NCBI GenBank assembly: GCA_046760155.1
Contig: JBHIDQ010000001.1
Span: forward strand, 1-35,875
Source: Dehalococcoidales bacterium
GTDB lineage: Bacteria > Chloroflexota > Dehalococcoidia > Dehalococcoidales > RBG-16-60-22
Length of the DNA: 35,875 nt
Direction of reading: 5' to 3'
Shown here: one piece after another, positions 7,531 to 17,282 of the stretch
How the letters are laid out: every line of letters starts with the position of its first letter
Position numbering within the stretch: the first letter of the stretch is position 1
Notes under the pieces: generated by a model
Seen by the model: the letters and a program-made list of their open reading frames with translations, nothing else
Told to the model about the DNA's origin: nothing
Databases searched by the model: none
Position numbers and translations under genes: made by a program

Positions 7531-9318
7531 CTACTCCACGGTGACACTTTTAGCCAAGTTCCGCGGGAAATCGATGGGACAACTTCGCTGTTTCGCCGTA
7601 TAGTAAGCCAGCAGTTGCAGGACTACCGTATTGACCACGGGAGAAAATATAACATCTACCTGAGGCACGGTGATGACTGAGTCGGCTACTTCTCTGACCT
7701 CCGCATCACCCTCTTCAACCAGCGCTATCACTGGAGACCGTCTGGCCTTGATCTCCTTGATATTGGTCAACATTGCCTCATAGGTATTATCCTGAGCCAC
7801 AATCGCTACCACCGGCGTATCACTACCGAGTAAGGCAAAGGGACCATGTTTGAGCTCTCCGGCGGCATAGCCTTCAGCATGAATATAGGAAATCTCCTTT
7901 AGCTTAAGCGCCCCTTCCAGAGCCACCGGAAAGTTTATCCCACGGCCGATGAAGAATACACTCTCAGACTTTGCCAGTTGCTTGGCATATTCTACAATTT
8001 CCGCCTCATTATCCAAAACCCGCTGCACCTTACCGGGCAATTGTCTTAGCCCCAAAACGAGGTTATCCAATCTTCTAATATCAATCTTGGCATAGGGTAA
8101 GGCCAGCCAGTATAACGCCATAAGTTGTGCCGTAAAGCTCTTGGTCGCCGCCACGCTTATCTCCGGCCCTGCCCGAGTATAGACAATCTGGTCGGCAATT
8201 CGGCTGGCAGTGCTGCCCACCACATTGGTAATGACGAGCACCCGGCACCCTTCCTCTTTCAGCCTTTTTATCGCTTTCAGTGCGTCTGCCGTCTCGCCCG
8301 ACTGGGTAATGATAATGGCTTGGCTGCGGGATGAGGTATGCCCCCAATAATTGAACTCAGAAGCCAGCTCAGTCCTTACCGCAACTCGGAATAACTCCTC
8401 CATGAGATATTTACCGACCAGGGCAGCATGATAAGAGGTGCCACAAGCCAAAATGAACACACTTTCCAAACCAATATCTCCCGTCATGGCTAAACTGGCT
8501 ATCGGTTCTGTCTCGGAGACATACCCTCCAATCGTATCCCGTATCACTTTTGGCTGCTCATGGATTTCCTTAAGCATGAAATGCTCGTAGCCTGCCTTTT
8601 GGGCATCTTCTATACTCCACGAAATCTTGTGCCTTTTTCGGTTGACGGTGGTGCCATGCCGACTGACCTCAATATTGTCTGCGGTAACCACACCAATATC
8701 ATCATCCTCCAAGTAGATAACCCGACTGGTATAATCCAGTATCGCCGGCACATCCGAGGCGACAAAATTCTCCCGGTCACCAATACCAATAATCAACGGG
8801 CTGTCTTTGCGGGCAACGACCAATTCAGGCTCACCAGTCATCAGCACAACAATGGCATAAGAACCTTCTACCTCACCTAGAGCTGTTGCCACCGCTTTTT
8901 TCAAATCACCCTGATAATACTTCTCAATCAGGTGTGGTATTACCTCAGTATCGGTCTCCGAAATAAAGTTATGCCCTTCACCGGTTAGCTGCTGTCTTAA
9001 CTTCTGGAAATTATTGATCACCCCATTGTGTACCACCGCAATTTTGCCCGTGCAGTCACAGTGTGGGTGAGCATTTAGCTGAGACGGCTCCCCGTGGGTC
9101 GCCCACCTGGTATGACCAATGCCTATCCTCCCGTTGATAGTCTGTGGTAATGTTTCCTCCAACGCCTTCACCCTGCCCGCATCCTTATGGACCTCAAGAC
9201 CACCTCCCGATACCGCAATACCACAGGAATCATAGCCGCGGTACTCTAACCGATAGAGACAGTTAAGCAGGACGGACTTAACCGGCCTTTCGCCAACATA
9301 ACCGACAATACCGCACAT
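7531..9318 (-). CDS. glmS: Glutamine--fructose-6-phosphate aminotransferase (isomerising)
   Basis: 595 aa. The N-terminal MCGIVGY carries the Cys nucleophile of Ntn amidotransferases, and two SIS-type halves follow. The C-terminus ends ...KSVTVE. SD aaggagag lies upstream. Confidence 0.95.
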   Translation of the reverse strand: MCGIVGYVGERPVKSVLLNCLYRLEYRGYDSCGIAVSGGGLEVHKDAGRVKALEETLPQTINGRIGIGHTRWATHGEPSQLNAHPHCDCTGKIAVVHNGVINNFQKLRQQLTGEGHNFISETDTEVIPHLIEKYYQGDLKKAVATALGEVEGSYAIVVLMTGEPELVVARKDSPLIIGIGDRENFVASDVPAILDYTSRVIYLEDDDIGVVTADNIEVSRHGTTVNRKRHKISWSIEDAQKAGYEHFMLKEIHEQPKVIRDTIGGYVSETEPIASLAMTGDIGLESVFILACGTSYHAALVGKYLMEELFRVAVRTELASEFNYWGHTSSRSQAIIITQSGETADALKAIKRLKEEGCRVLVITNVVGSTASRIADQIVYTRAGPEISVAATKSFTAQLMALYWLALPYAKIDIRRLDNLVLGLRQLPGKVQRVLDNEAEIVEYAKQLAKSESVFFIGRGINFPVALEGALKLKEISYIHAEGYAAGELKHGPFALLGSDTPVVAIVAQDNTYEAMLTNIKEIKARRSPVIALVEEGDAEVREVADSVITVPQVDVIFSPVVNTVVLQLLAYYTAKQRSCPIDFPRNLAKSVTVE

Positions 9319-9343
9319 ATAAAGAAGCTCTCCTTATTTTTCC

Positions 9344-10519
9344 TCAATAGACTAGGCTCTGGTCAGGCAATCGGCCACTAATCAGCTTCAGTGGTTGGAC
9401 TTGACTGTAGTTACCGACAATAACACCCGGCTGAGCAGCGACACTATTGCCCAAGCTACAACTCTCGCCCAGCATCGCCCCGACAGCCACCAGGTGGCGC
9501 TCATGATTAATCGAAACCTCAGCCTGACCGCTGCAAGCCGTAAAATGCCCTTTGATGATACAACCCTTATCAATAACCGAGTCCTCCATGGTACAACCCG
9601 GACCGATATTAACATCATCACCAATAACACTGTTTTTAATCGCGGTAAATGGTGAAATAACGACGTTATTGCCGATACTGGTCGCCGGCAGGATACAGAC
9701 ATTGGGACCGACATCACAACTATCCCCAATGACTACCGGGCCAGCGATGTAGGAATTAGCCCGTATCACCGTATCTTTCCCCACCGAGACCTGTCCCTTC
9801 AGTGAGACACCCGCTTCAATGGTGCCACCCAAGCTCGCCTGAATTTGGCGAAGAATGGCGTCATTCAGATTGAGTATATCCCACGGGTAGATGACATCAA
9901 GCCAGATACCATCTGTTTCCCTAGCTTTAATGGTATGGCCCTCGGCGATCATCTTGTTCATAACATTCGGGAGGTCCAGCTCGGGCTCAATAAAGTTAAA
10001 AATCCCGGCAGTAAAGGCGTAAATGCCAGTACTAACAATGTTACTTCTCGCCGCTTCAGGCTTCTCGATAACTTCCTTTACCACCTCACGGCTTAGGGTT
10101 ACTACTCCGTATCTCATCGGGTTATCCACTCTCTTAACCAGTACCGCTTCCGGCTTTATGGCGGCAAACTGAGCAATGGTCTCCGCTTCAATTAGATTGT
10201 CTCCCGGCAAAACCAGAAACTCATCTTTGATGGCTCCCTTAGCCTGAGCCAGCGCATGCGCCGTACCCAGTTGCCTTTCCTGACTAACATAAGTCAGCTT
10301 AACCCCAAACTGTTCCCCTGAACCCATGTAATCAAATATCTGCTCTTTGTGGTAGCCGACGACAAGTACAATGTCACGGATACCATTTTGCGCCAGCGCC
10401 TCAACCACATACTGCAGCATCGGCTTTCCGGCGATAAAAAGCATTACCTTCGGCCGGTTAACGGTAAACGGTCTGAGTCTTTGTCCTTCACCGGCAGCTA
10501 GAATCACTGCTTGCTTCAT
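9344..10519 (-). CDS. Sugar-1-phosphate nucleotidyltransferase fused to a left-handed beta-helix acyltransferase domain (archaeal-type GlmU-like), paralogue 2
   Basis: N-terminal ILAAGEGQRLRPFT...RPKVML nucleotidyltransferase signature, with C-terminal hexapeptide repeats. I place the start at ATG 10519 (SD aaggag 7 nt upstream). The ORF track begins one codon earlier, at GTG 10522. Confidence 0.8.
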   Translation of the reverse strand: MKQAVILAAGEGQRLRPFTVNRPKVMLFIAGKPMLQYVVEALAQNGIRDIVLVVGYHKEQIFDYMGSGEQFGVKLTYVSQERQLGTAHALAQAKGAIKDEFLVLPGDNLIEAETIAQFAAIKPEAVLVKRVDNPMRYGVVTLSREVVKEVIEKPEAARSNIVSTGIYAFTAGIFNFIEPELDLPNVMNKMIAEGHTIKARETDGIWLDVIYPWDILNLNDAILRQIQASLGGTIEAGVSLKGQVSVGKDTVIRANSYIAGPVVIGDSCDVGPNVCILPATSIGNNVVISPFTAIKNSVIGDDVNIGPGCTMEDSVIDKGCIIKGHFTACSGQAEVSINHERHLVAVGAMLGESCSLGNSVAAQPGVIVGNYSQVQPLKLISGRLPDQSLVY

Positions 10520-10530
10520 CACCCTGCTCC

Positions 10531-11733
10531 TTAAAATATCCTCGAATTTGGCAAAATAACCCCACTGGCTAAAGCTCCTGGGCCGATAAAAGTATTATTG
10601 CCAATCATACTACCCACATTAATACTAGCATTAATCCCGGTTTCAACTCTATCCCCAATGATTGCCCCTAGCTTGCGTCTCCCGGTATTGATGTCAGCTA
10701 CCGAGATTTCTTTTTTATCCAGCCTTAAATTGGCCACCTTGGTGCCAGCACCGAAATTGCAATCCTCACCAATAATGCTGTCACCAACATAATTATGATG
10801 AGGGAGCTTACTACCTTTCATAATGATACAGTTTTTCACCTCTACGGCACTACCGATATGACAACTATCACCAATGGCAGTATAAGGACGAATAAAGCAG
10901 TTCGGGCCAATTTCACAGTTCTGTCCAATTATCACCGGACCAACGATATAGGAACCCGACCTTATCACGGTATCTTTGCCGATGTCAACAACGCCCTTCA
11001 TAACCACATTCTCTTCAATCTCACCCGAGTTCTGTGCCTTAACCCCGGCCAGCAACGATTCATTGGCGAGCAGCAAGTCCCAGGGATAGCTAAGGTCAAG
11101 CCAATAGTTAATTTTTTGATAAGCAATATCTTGTCCTTTGTCCATCATCAGCTGTAAAGAATCAGTGAGCTCATACTCTCCCCGTGGTGATTTTGAGGTC
11201 ATGGCTATGGCACTAAATATCTCCGGGGTGAACTGATATAGCCCGGCATTGGCCATGCGGGAGGGAGATTTGGCCTCTTTTTCATAAATGTGGACCACTT
11301 TACCCTCCGTCAACTCAACTGTCCCCAAATCCCTGGTATCCTTAACCTCAATGACACTCAGCGTATTATCATTCTTACTGGCTAATTTTTTAATGTCTTT
11401 TCGGTTAATAATAATATCCCCGTTCATGACCAAGAAGTTTCCCTCAACCAAACCCTCAATCATCCTGAGTGCATGAGCCGTGCCCTGTTGCTTCCTCTGA
11501 TTAGAGTAGTCTATGCTTACCCCCCATTTTTCTCCTCTGCCAAAATAATCACGCACCTGTTCGTCCTTGTAGCCAACAACAAAAATAAACTCCTCAATAC
11601 CAGCCTTGCTCGCTTCAATGAGCAGGTGCTCCAGGATAGGCTTATTGGCGATAGGTAGCATTACTTTGGGCCTGGCATAAGTGAGAGGACGCATCCGACT
11701 ACCTTCGCCGGCAGCTAAAATAATTGCCTTCAA
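10531..11733 (-). CDS. Sugar-1-phosphate nucleotidyltransferase fused to a left-handed beta-helix domain (archaeal-type GlmU-like), paralogue 1
   Basis: 400 aa. ILAAGEGSRMRPLT...RPKVML, then hexapeptide repeats. The TTG start at 11733 overlaps the glmM stop, read as TTGA on the minus strand. By eye it is roughly 40-45 percent identical to 9344-10519. Confidence 0.8.
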   Translation of the reverse strand: MKAIILAAGEGSRMRPLTYARPKVMLPIANKPILEHLLIEASKAGIEEFIFVVGYKDEQVRDYFGRGEKWGVSIDYSNQRKQQGTAHALRMIEGLVEGNFLVMNGDIIINRKDIKKLASKNDNTLSVIEVKDTRDLGTVELTEGKVVHIYEKEAKSPSRMANAGLYQFTPEIFSAIAMTSKSPRGEYELTDSLQLMMDKGQDIAYQKINYWLDLSYPWDLLLANESLLAGVKAQNSGEIEENVVMKGVVDIGKDTVIRSGSYIVGPVIIGQNCEIGPNCFIRPYTAIGDSCHIGSAVEVKNCIIMKGSKLPHHNYVGDSIIGEDCNFGAGTKVANLRLDKKEISVADINTGRRKLGAIIGDRVETGINASINVGSMIGNNTFIGPGALASGVILPNSRIF

Positions 11734-13034
11734 CCTACTCTCTCCTTGCTTCCCTCAAGACAATCCTTAATTGCCTTGAGGCCACGGTCATAGAGCTGAC
11801 GCACTCGCTTCTTACTTTTTGCCTCCGCAGTCAGTCTGATTTTAGGTTCGGTGCCGGAGGCTCTGACCAATAGCCAGCCATCTTTAAAGCTCAGCCTAAT
11901 GCCATCAATAGTACTGACCGATAACGGCTCCAGAGCCATTAATTGCGCTTCCAGACTGGACATTGCTACCCCTTCACTGCTGATACTGCCCCGCAGAAGC
12001 AGATAACCGGGTATACTATCAACCAACGGCGATAATCTCTGCTGATTAGCGATGGCTACCACCTGAGCTACCGCATAGATGCCATCGGGACATAAGGAGA
12101 CGCCGGGGAAAATCCAGCTTCCGGACGGCTCACCGCCAAAATCACCGCCCTTTTTGAGTTCCTCAGAGACATAGGTATCCCCGATTTTAGTACGCCGGAC
12201 ACTAAAATCCGTTTCCTCAATCGCCATCGAGGCATCTACGGTGGTCACCACTTCTTTCGCCTTCAGTGCCCGGGCGAAAATCACCAGCAGCTTATCCCCG
12301 GAAATAAATCGGCCCCGGTCATCAACCACCATGGTTCGGTCGGCATCTCCATCGTGGGCAATACCCAAATCAGCCCCAGACTCCCGTGTTGCCTTGATTA
12401 AATTCTTTAGATTGGACTCAGTTGGCTCAATGGTGCGAGGAAAGAAACCACTGGGCTGGCAATTTATCTCCACCACTTCACAGCCCAGCTTTTTTAAGAG
12501 ATAAGGGGTAATCACCGAAGCAGCACCACAGCCACAATCTAAGACTACCTTGAGTTTCATCCCTCCCGGAAAATTCGGTATGATGCGCTCAATATGCTGC
12601 TCAATGGCGTCAGCACAAATGCCACTCTGCTTAATCTCACCCCAGGGAGCCACGTCAAGAGAGTCACTCAGGACCATCTCTTCTACCTGTTTTTGTTGCT
12701 CAGAAACAAAAGCAGAACCGTCCGGGTTTAAAAGTTTTATCCCGTTATACTCTGGAGGGTTATGCGAAGCAGTGAGCATTACTCCGGCATCAAATTTTCT
12801 AGCTACCAAGCCAAGTGTAGGCGTCGGCACAACTCCAGCATCCTCACACCGAGCGCCCGCCGCAAGCAGACCGGAGATGAGGGCGTGTTTCAGGGCATCA
12901 CTGGAAGTCCTGGTATCACTACCCACGACTACATTACCATAAACCCTCCCCACCGCCAGTCCAACCTTCAATGCCAGATGGACCAGGCTACTATCGAAAA
13001 GATCCCGTATGCCCGATGTGCCAAAAAGCCTCAT
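11730..13034 (-). CDS. glmM: Phosphoglucosamine mutase / phosphohexomutase (archaeal-type)
   Basis: 434 aa. MRLFGTSGIR N-terminus, phosphoserine loop TASHNPPEYNGIK, metal loop GIAHDGDADR, sugar loop GGEPSGS, phosphate loop RASGTEPKIR. Confidence 0.85.
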   Translation of the reverse strand: MRLFGTSGIRDLFDSSLVHLALKVGLAVGRVYGNVVVGSDTRTSSDALKHALISGLLAAGARCEDAGVVPTPTLGLVARKFDAGVMLTASHNPPEYNGIKLLNPDGSAFVSEQQKQVEEMVLSDSLDVAPWGEIKQSGICADAIEQHIERIIPNFPGGMKLKVVLDCGCGAASVITPYLLKKLGCEVVEINCQPSGFFPRTIEPTESNLKNLIKATRESGADLGIAHDGDADRTMVVDDRGRFISGDKLLVIFARALKAKEVVTTVDASMAIEETDFSVRRTKIGDTYVSEELKKGGDFGGEPSGSWIFPGVSLCPDGIYAVAQVVAIANQQRLSPLVDSIPGYLLLRGSISSEGVAMSSLEAQLMALEPLSVSTIDGIRLSFKDGWLLVRASGTEPKIRLTAEAKSKKRVRQLYDRGLKAIKDCLEGSKERVG

Positions 13035-13043
13035 TTTGTCCTA

Positions 13044-13071
13044 ATTCTACTACTATGAGCCCAAAAGTCAA
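13044..13071 (-). promoter_or_regulatory. Candidate promoter for the glmM operon, implying a near-leaderless mRNA
   Basis: On the minus strand: TTGACT (13071-13066), a 16-nt spacer, then TAGAAT (13049-13044). Only 9 nt separate the -10 box from the ATG at 13034, and there is no SD. Confidence 0.5.
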
Positions 13072-13108
13072 TAGAGGACAGCACTATGCTTTAGGGCTTC
13101 GCTGGCAC

Positions 13109-14722
13109 CTAAAAGGGTGTGGTCATAGTAGGTACTGGAACTTCGACCACAGTTGGTAGGTTCTCAGCCAAGGCGGCTTGCAATGCCCCTCCCAGCTCTT
13201 CGGGACGAGTCAGCTTGATTCCCCGAGCTCCGAAGGCTTCGGACACGCGAACGAAATCGGGGTTGTGGAGCTGGGTACCAATAATCCTGCCGCCAAAGCG
13301 GCGTTGCTGGTCGTGGAGGGAGGCGCCAAAAGCTCTATCGACGAAGACAAGGGTCACCACGTTTAATCCCTCCTGTACCGCCGTGGCTAGCTCCGGGAGA
13401 GCATACATAAAGCCGCCATCACCGCTAAGCGCCACCACCTGCTTTTTGGGATTGCCTACCTTAACCCCCAAGGCGGTAGGGAAAGCGTAACCGAGAGTGG
13501 CGAAGTAAGAGGAAGTGAGATAGGCCCGGGGTCGCACCACTGGGTAAGCCAAGTGACCCCAGTAAGCTACATTAGTGATCCCGGGTACCAAGATGGCATC
13601 TTCCTTTAACTCAGCACGAATGGTCTGCAGGAGAGAGAGCTGAAGAGGAGCCGTTTGCTCCAGTTCTGTCATGACTGCCTCTCTTATCTCCTCTAGCTCA
13701 TCGGGCTGCCAGCCGCTTCGGCTCCCCTCAGGCAGCACTTCCAGTAGTGAGCTGAGGGCAGCACGGGCATCACTGGTAATCCCTAGGTGTACGGTGTGGT
13801 TTCTACCTACTTCGGTCGCATCCACGTCGATCTGGATAAGTTTCTGGCCTTGACGAAATGTCAAGAACGAGTCAGGAGTGCGATAAAGGCGACTCCCCAC
13901 AGCCAGAATCACATCGGCCTGCGGCAGGGCCCACCGAGAGGGGCCGAATCGATAATAAAAGACACCAAGTGAGAGGGGGTGGTCACCGGGGATGGCCCCT
14001 TTGCCTTCAGGAGTGGTGATTACAGGGGCATTCAGACGTTCCGCCACCTGTCTAAGCTCATTTGAGGCATCAGAGCCGATAACACCTCCCCCAGCCCAAA
14101 TGATGGGACGACTAGCCGAAGCCAGCAGGCGCGCCGCCGCCTGAACTTGGGTCAGTTCTGGTTGAGTGAGCGGAACCGGCTCGGGCTCGGGTATTTCCAC
14201 CCGTGCTGAGGCCGGCATGACATCCCAAGGGATCTCCAGCTCCACCGGGCGGGGTCTCCCCGTCCTCAGATGATGCATTGCCTGCTGCACTGCCCCCGGA
14301 ATCTCTTCCACTTTCAGAACACAATGGCACCACTTGGTAAGGGGCTGGAACACCTGTCCTTGGTCAGTTATCTCATGCAGAGCGCCGCGCTGCTGACCCA
14401 GATTGTAGCTCTCGACCTGCCCTGAGACCAAGAGGACAGGTGTAGAGGTAGCATAAGCGGTGCCTAAGGCCGCGGTGGCGTTAAGGGCCCCCGGCCCGGG
14501 CACAACCAGAGCCACTCCCACTTTGCCGGTGGTACGAGCGTAGCCGTAAGCCATGTAGACCGCTGTCTGTTCGTGGCGTACTGACACCCAGCGTACCTGG
14601 GACTGACCATGGATGGCGTCCAGTGCCTCCATGAGCTGTACCCCAGGAAGGCCAAAAATAATTCCCACTCCTTCCCGAGCCAGTGAGGCAATAAGGGCTT
14701 CCGCCCCGGTCATCATAGGCAT
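13109..14722 (-). CDS. Thiamine-pyrophosphate-dependent enzyme, acetolactate-synthase-like superfamily; substrate unknown
   Basis: 537 aa. The N-terminal pyrimidine-binding domain (GAEALIASLAREGV...HEQTAVYMAYGYAR...VVPGPGALN) is present. The C-terminal TPP motif is LSGDGGFMY...N. There is no ilvN or ilvC partner. Confidence 0.85.
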   Translation of the reverse strand: MPMMTGAEALIASLAREGVGIIFGLPGVQLMEALDAIHGQSQVRWVSVRHEQTAVYMAYGYARTTGKVGVALVVPGPGALNATAALGTAYATSTPVLLVSGQVESYNLGQQRGALHEITDQGQVFQPLTKWCHCVLKVEEIPGAVQQAMHHLRTGRPRPVELEIPWDVMPASARVEIPEPEPVPLTQPELTQVQAAARLLASASRPIIWAGGGVIGSDASNELRQVAERLNAPVITTPEGKGAIPGDHPLSLGVFYYRFGPSRWALPQADVILAVGSRLYRTPDSFLTFRQGQKLIQIDVDATEVGRNHTVHLGITSDARAALSSLLEVLPEGSRSGWQPDELEEIREAVMTELEQTAPLQLSLLQTIRAELKEDAILVPGITNVAYWGHLAYPVVRPRAYLTSSYFATLGYAFPTALGVKVGNPKKQVVALSGDGGFMYALPELATAVQEGLNVVTLVFVDRAFGASLHDQQRRFGGRIIGTQLHNPDFVRVSEAFGARGIKLTRPEELGGALQAALAENLPTVVEVPVPTMTTPF

Positions 14723-14844
14723 TAGTCACCCTCCAAGATATATCTGGTGAAAATAAATCGTAAAGGATTTGACTTTTCAAAACTTTAGCACAAAGGTTTC
14801 CCAAGCGCAACGGTAAAAGCGGGCACAGGAGTTTTGCCTTTTAC

Positions 14845-15969
14845 CTATATTCCCAGTCTGGAGCGAGTTTGCAGAAATCTGATCACGTTATCACGGGTAA
14901 TCAAGCCAACAACCCTCCCCTCACTCACCACGGGCATCTGATTTATATTACTCTCATCCATCTGCTCCAGCACACTCAGAATATCCTGGTCGGGGGAGGC
15001 TACTTTCAGTTTTTCCACCGGAGTCATTATATCCCTTACCTGAGTTACTTCCCAATTTGGCTGGGCGACCGATTTAATATTCCCCAAGGTCAAAATCCCA
15101 TTTAATTCGCCGTGGTCAGTTACCAGAAAGCACCGATGCCCACCGGTGAAGATATACTCCTGGATGAGACGACCAACGATAACGTCTGAGGAAACTACCG
15201 GGCAGCTAGAGGTCATCATATCGGAAGCGGTGAGTCCCTGCAGTGCTAACTGCCACTGCGCCTGGCGGTAGCTGGCAGAGGCAACATAAGTCAGGAACCA
15301 GCCAATAAAGGCAAGCCAAAGACCATTGAACCACCGCCCGGGGAAAAGGAACATTAGTACCACGCCACCCAGAATGAAAAGATAGCCGATACCCTGCCCG
15401 ACATATACCGCGATTCGTGTGGAACGTTGATAATTGTTGCTGAAGCGCCAGAGAAGGGAGCGAAAGACGCGTCCACCATCCAAAGGAAAGCCAGGAATGA
15501 GGTTAAAGACCGCCAGTGCCACGTTTATGTACCCTAACCAAAAGGCCATAGCGGCGATCGGTTCATTGATACCCTCTAGCAATAAATGGAGCAAGAAAAA
15601 CAAACCACCAATTACCAGGCTGGAAACAGGACCAGCCGCCGCCATCTTTAATTCAGTGCCATGGCGCGGTGCCTCCCGGGTCATATGGGCAACACCGCCG
15701 AAAATAAAAAGGGTTATACTCTTTACCGGGATACCATTGGCTCTGCCAACAAGGCTGTGCGCCAGTTCATGAGCCACCACCGAGGAAAAAAATAATAAGC
15801 TGGTAAAGATACCAGTGAACCAGTAAGTCAAAGGATTCCAGTCAGGATAGGTCAAAGGAAAGTACTGCCATGATAGTGAAACCGTGATCAAAACAAAAAT
15901 GATGAACCAGGTATAATGCAGTCGGAACTGGATGCCGAAGATTTTACCTAAACTAAATGCGCCACCCAT
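14845..15969 (-). CDS. M50 site-2 protease family zinc metalloprotease with C-terminal CBS pair
   Basis: 374 aa and polytopic. HELAHS zinc motif and NLIPGFPLDGG motif, with a soluble CBS-like C-terminal region (...NQMPVVSEGRVVGLITRDNV). Confidence 0.85.
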   Translation of the reverse strand: MGGAFSLGKIFGIQFRLHYTWFIIFVLITVSLSWQYFPLTYPDWNPLTYWFTGIFTSLLFFSSVVAHELAHSLVGRANGIPVKSITLFIFGGVAHMTREAPRHGTELKMAAAGPVSSLVIGGLFFLLHLLLEGINEPIAAMAFWLGYINVALAVFNLIPGFPLDGGRVFRSLLWRFSNNYQRSTRIAVYVGQGIGYLFILGGVVLMFLFPGRWFNGLWLAFIGWFLTYVASASYRQAQWQLALQGLTASDMMTSSCPVVSSDVIVGRLIQEYIFTGGHRCFLVTDHGELNGILTLGNIKSVAQPNWEVTQVRDIMTPVEKLKVASPDQDILSVLEQMDESNINQMPVVSEGRVVGLITRDNVIRFLQTRSRLGI

Positions 15970-15985
15970 GTTATTACATCAAAAG

Positions 15986-17281
15986 CTAGCACCTAGGTGA
16001 ACTGACACCTAGATATTTCTCCACCAATTCCATAGCGCAATATTTGCCACACATACTGCAAGCTGAGCCGGCGGAAGCGTGCTGACGATGAACCCGATGA
16101 GACCGCTCCGGGTCTAAGGAAAGCTTGGCTTGCTCTTCCCAGTCAAATTGCTTCCGGGCCACCGACATCCGCCTATCCTGTTCTTCAGCCCCTTTCACGC
16201 CTTTAGCTATGTCACCGGCATGAGCGGCAATACGCGAAGCGACTACTCCTTGCCTCACGTCTTCAGCATCCGGTAAGGAAAGATGCTCGGATGGCGTCAC
16301 GTAGCAGAGGAAATCAGTACCCGCGGCGGCGGCAACCGCACCACCAATCGCCCCGGTGATATGGTCATAGCCAGCACCAATGTCGGTCACCAGCGGACCG
16401 AGCACATAAAAAGGAGCCCCCTTGCAGATAGCCTTCTGCAAAACAACATTGGCCTCAATCTGATTCAGCGGCAAGTGTCCCGGACCTTCCACCATTACCT
16501 GAACGCCAGCTTCCCAAGCCCGCTGCACCAACTCCCCGATAACGAGCAATTCTTCTATCTGGGCGCGGTCAGTCGCGTCCGCCAGGCTACCCGGACGCAG
16601 GCCATCGCCAAGGCTGAGGGTAACATCATATTCTCGAGCGATTTCCAGCAAGCGGTCATACTGCTCATAAAGAGGGTTTTCCCGCTCATTGTAGACTATC
16701 CAGCCAATCAAGAAAGCACCCCCACGCGAGACAACATCAGCGACTCTCCCCTGCCGCTTCAGCCGGGCGATGGCTGACTGGGTGACACCACAATGAACGG
16801 TGGCAAAATCAACACCATCGCGGGCATGCTCTTCAATTACGGCGAAGATGTCATCAGCCGTCATTTTCACAATGGCGCTATGTCTCTCGATGGCTTCGAT
16901 ACCGGCCTGATAAATGGGTACCGTACCGATAGCCACCGAACTGGTGTTGACTATCGCCCGGCGAATGGCGGAGATATCACCACCGGTACTCAGGTCCATA
17001 ACCGTATCCGCCCCCGCCTCAATGGCCACCCGTAACTTTTCCAGTTCGGTATTAATATCACCAAAGTCAGAGGAAGTGCCAATATTGGCATTGACCTTGG
17101 TCGATAGTCCTTGGCCGATACCACAGGGAACCAGCTTGGCATGATTGATATTAGCCGGAATTACAATGGTTCCCTTAGCCACACCCTCGCGAATGAACTC
17201 TGCCTCTAATCCTTCCGCCTCGGCCACCACCTTCATCGGCGGGGAAATCATACCTTTTCTGGCTAATTCCAATTGCGTCAT
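15986..17281 (-). CDS. thiC: Phosphomethylpyrimidine (HMP-P) synthase
   Basis: 431 aa and strongly ThiC-like throughout. C-terminal Fe-S motif [10 protein letters not shown] (CX2CX4C). SD ggaggt upstream, and the gene is preceded by a TPP riboswitch. Confidence 0.95.
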   Translation of the reverse strand: MTQLELARKGMISPPMKVVAEAEGLEAEFIREGVAKGTIVIPANINHAKLVPCGIGQGLSTKVNANIGTSSDFGDINTELEKLRVAIEAGADTVMDLSTGGDISAIRRAIVNTSSVAIGTVPIYQAGIEAIERHSAIVKMTADDIFAVIEEHARDGVDFATVHCGVTQSAIARLKRQGRVADVVSRGGAFLIGWIVYNERENPLYEQYDRLLEIAREYDVTLSLGDGLRPGSLADATDRAQIEELLVIGELVQRAWEAGVQVMVEGPGHLPLNQIEANVVLQKAICKGAPFYVLGPLVTDIGAGYDHITGAIGGAVAAAAGTDFLCYVTPSEHLSLPDAEDVRQGVVASRIAAHAGDIAKGVKGAEEQDRRMSVARKQFDWEEQAKLSLDPERSHRVHRQHASAGSACSMCGKYCAMELVEKYLGVSSPRC

Positions 17282-17282
17282 G

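Noticed and set aside
9319-9343. A glmS ribozyme upstream of glmS.
   Set aside because: Only 25 nt separate glmS from the preceding gene, and they contain just an SD. There is no room for the roughly 170-nt ribozyme.
14769-14797. Plus-strand TTGACTTTTC, the same 10-mer as the acs promoter -35 region, pointing antisense into the 3' end of the S2P gene.
   Set aside because: There is no acceptable -10 hexamer at 16-18 nt spacing (aaaggt, caaagg). It is more likely chance, or part of the minus-strand promoter region of the TPP enzyme gene.
13119-14810. Several 60-123-aa ORFs on both strands within the TPP-enzyme gene region.
   Set aside because: All overlap the 537-aa TPP enzyme, which has clear domain motifs. 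Long shadow ORFs are expected in a roughly 60 percent G+C gene.
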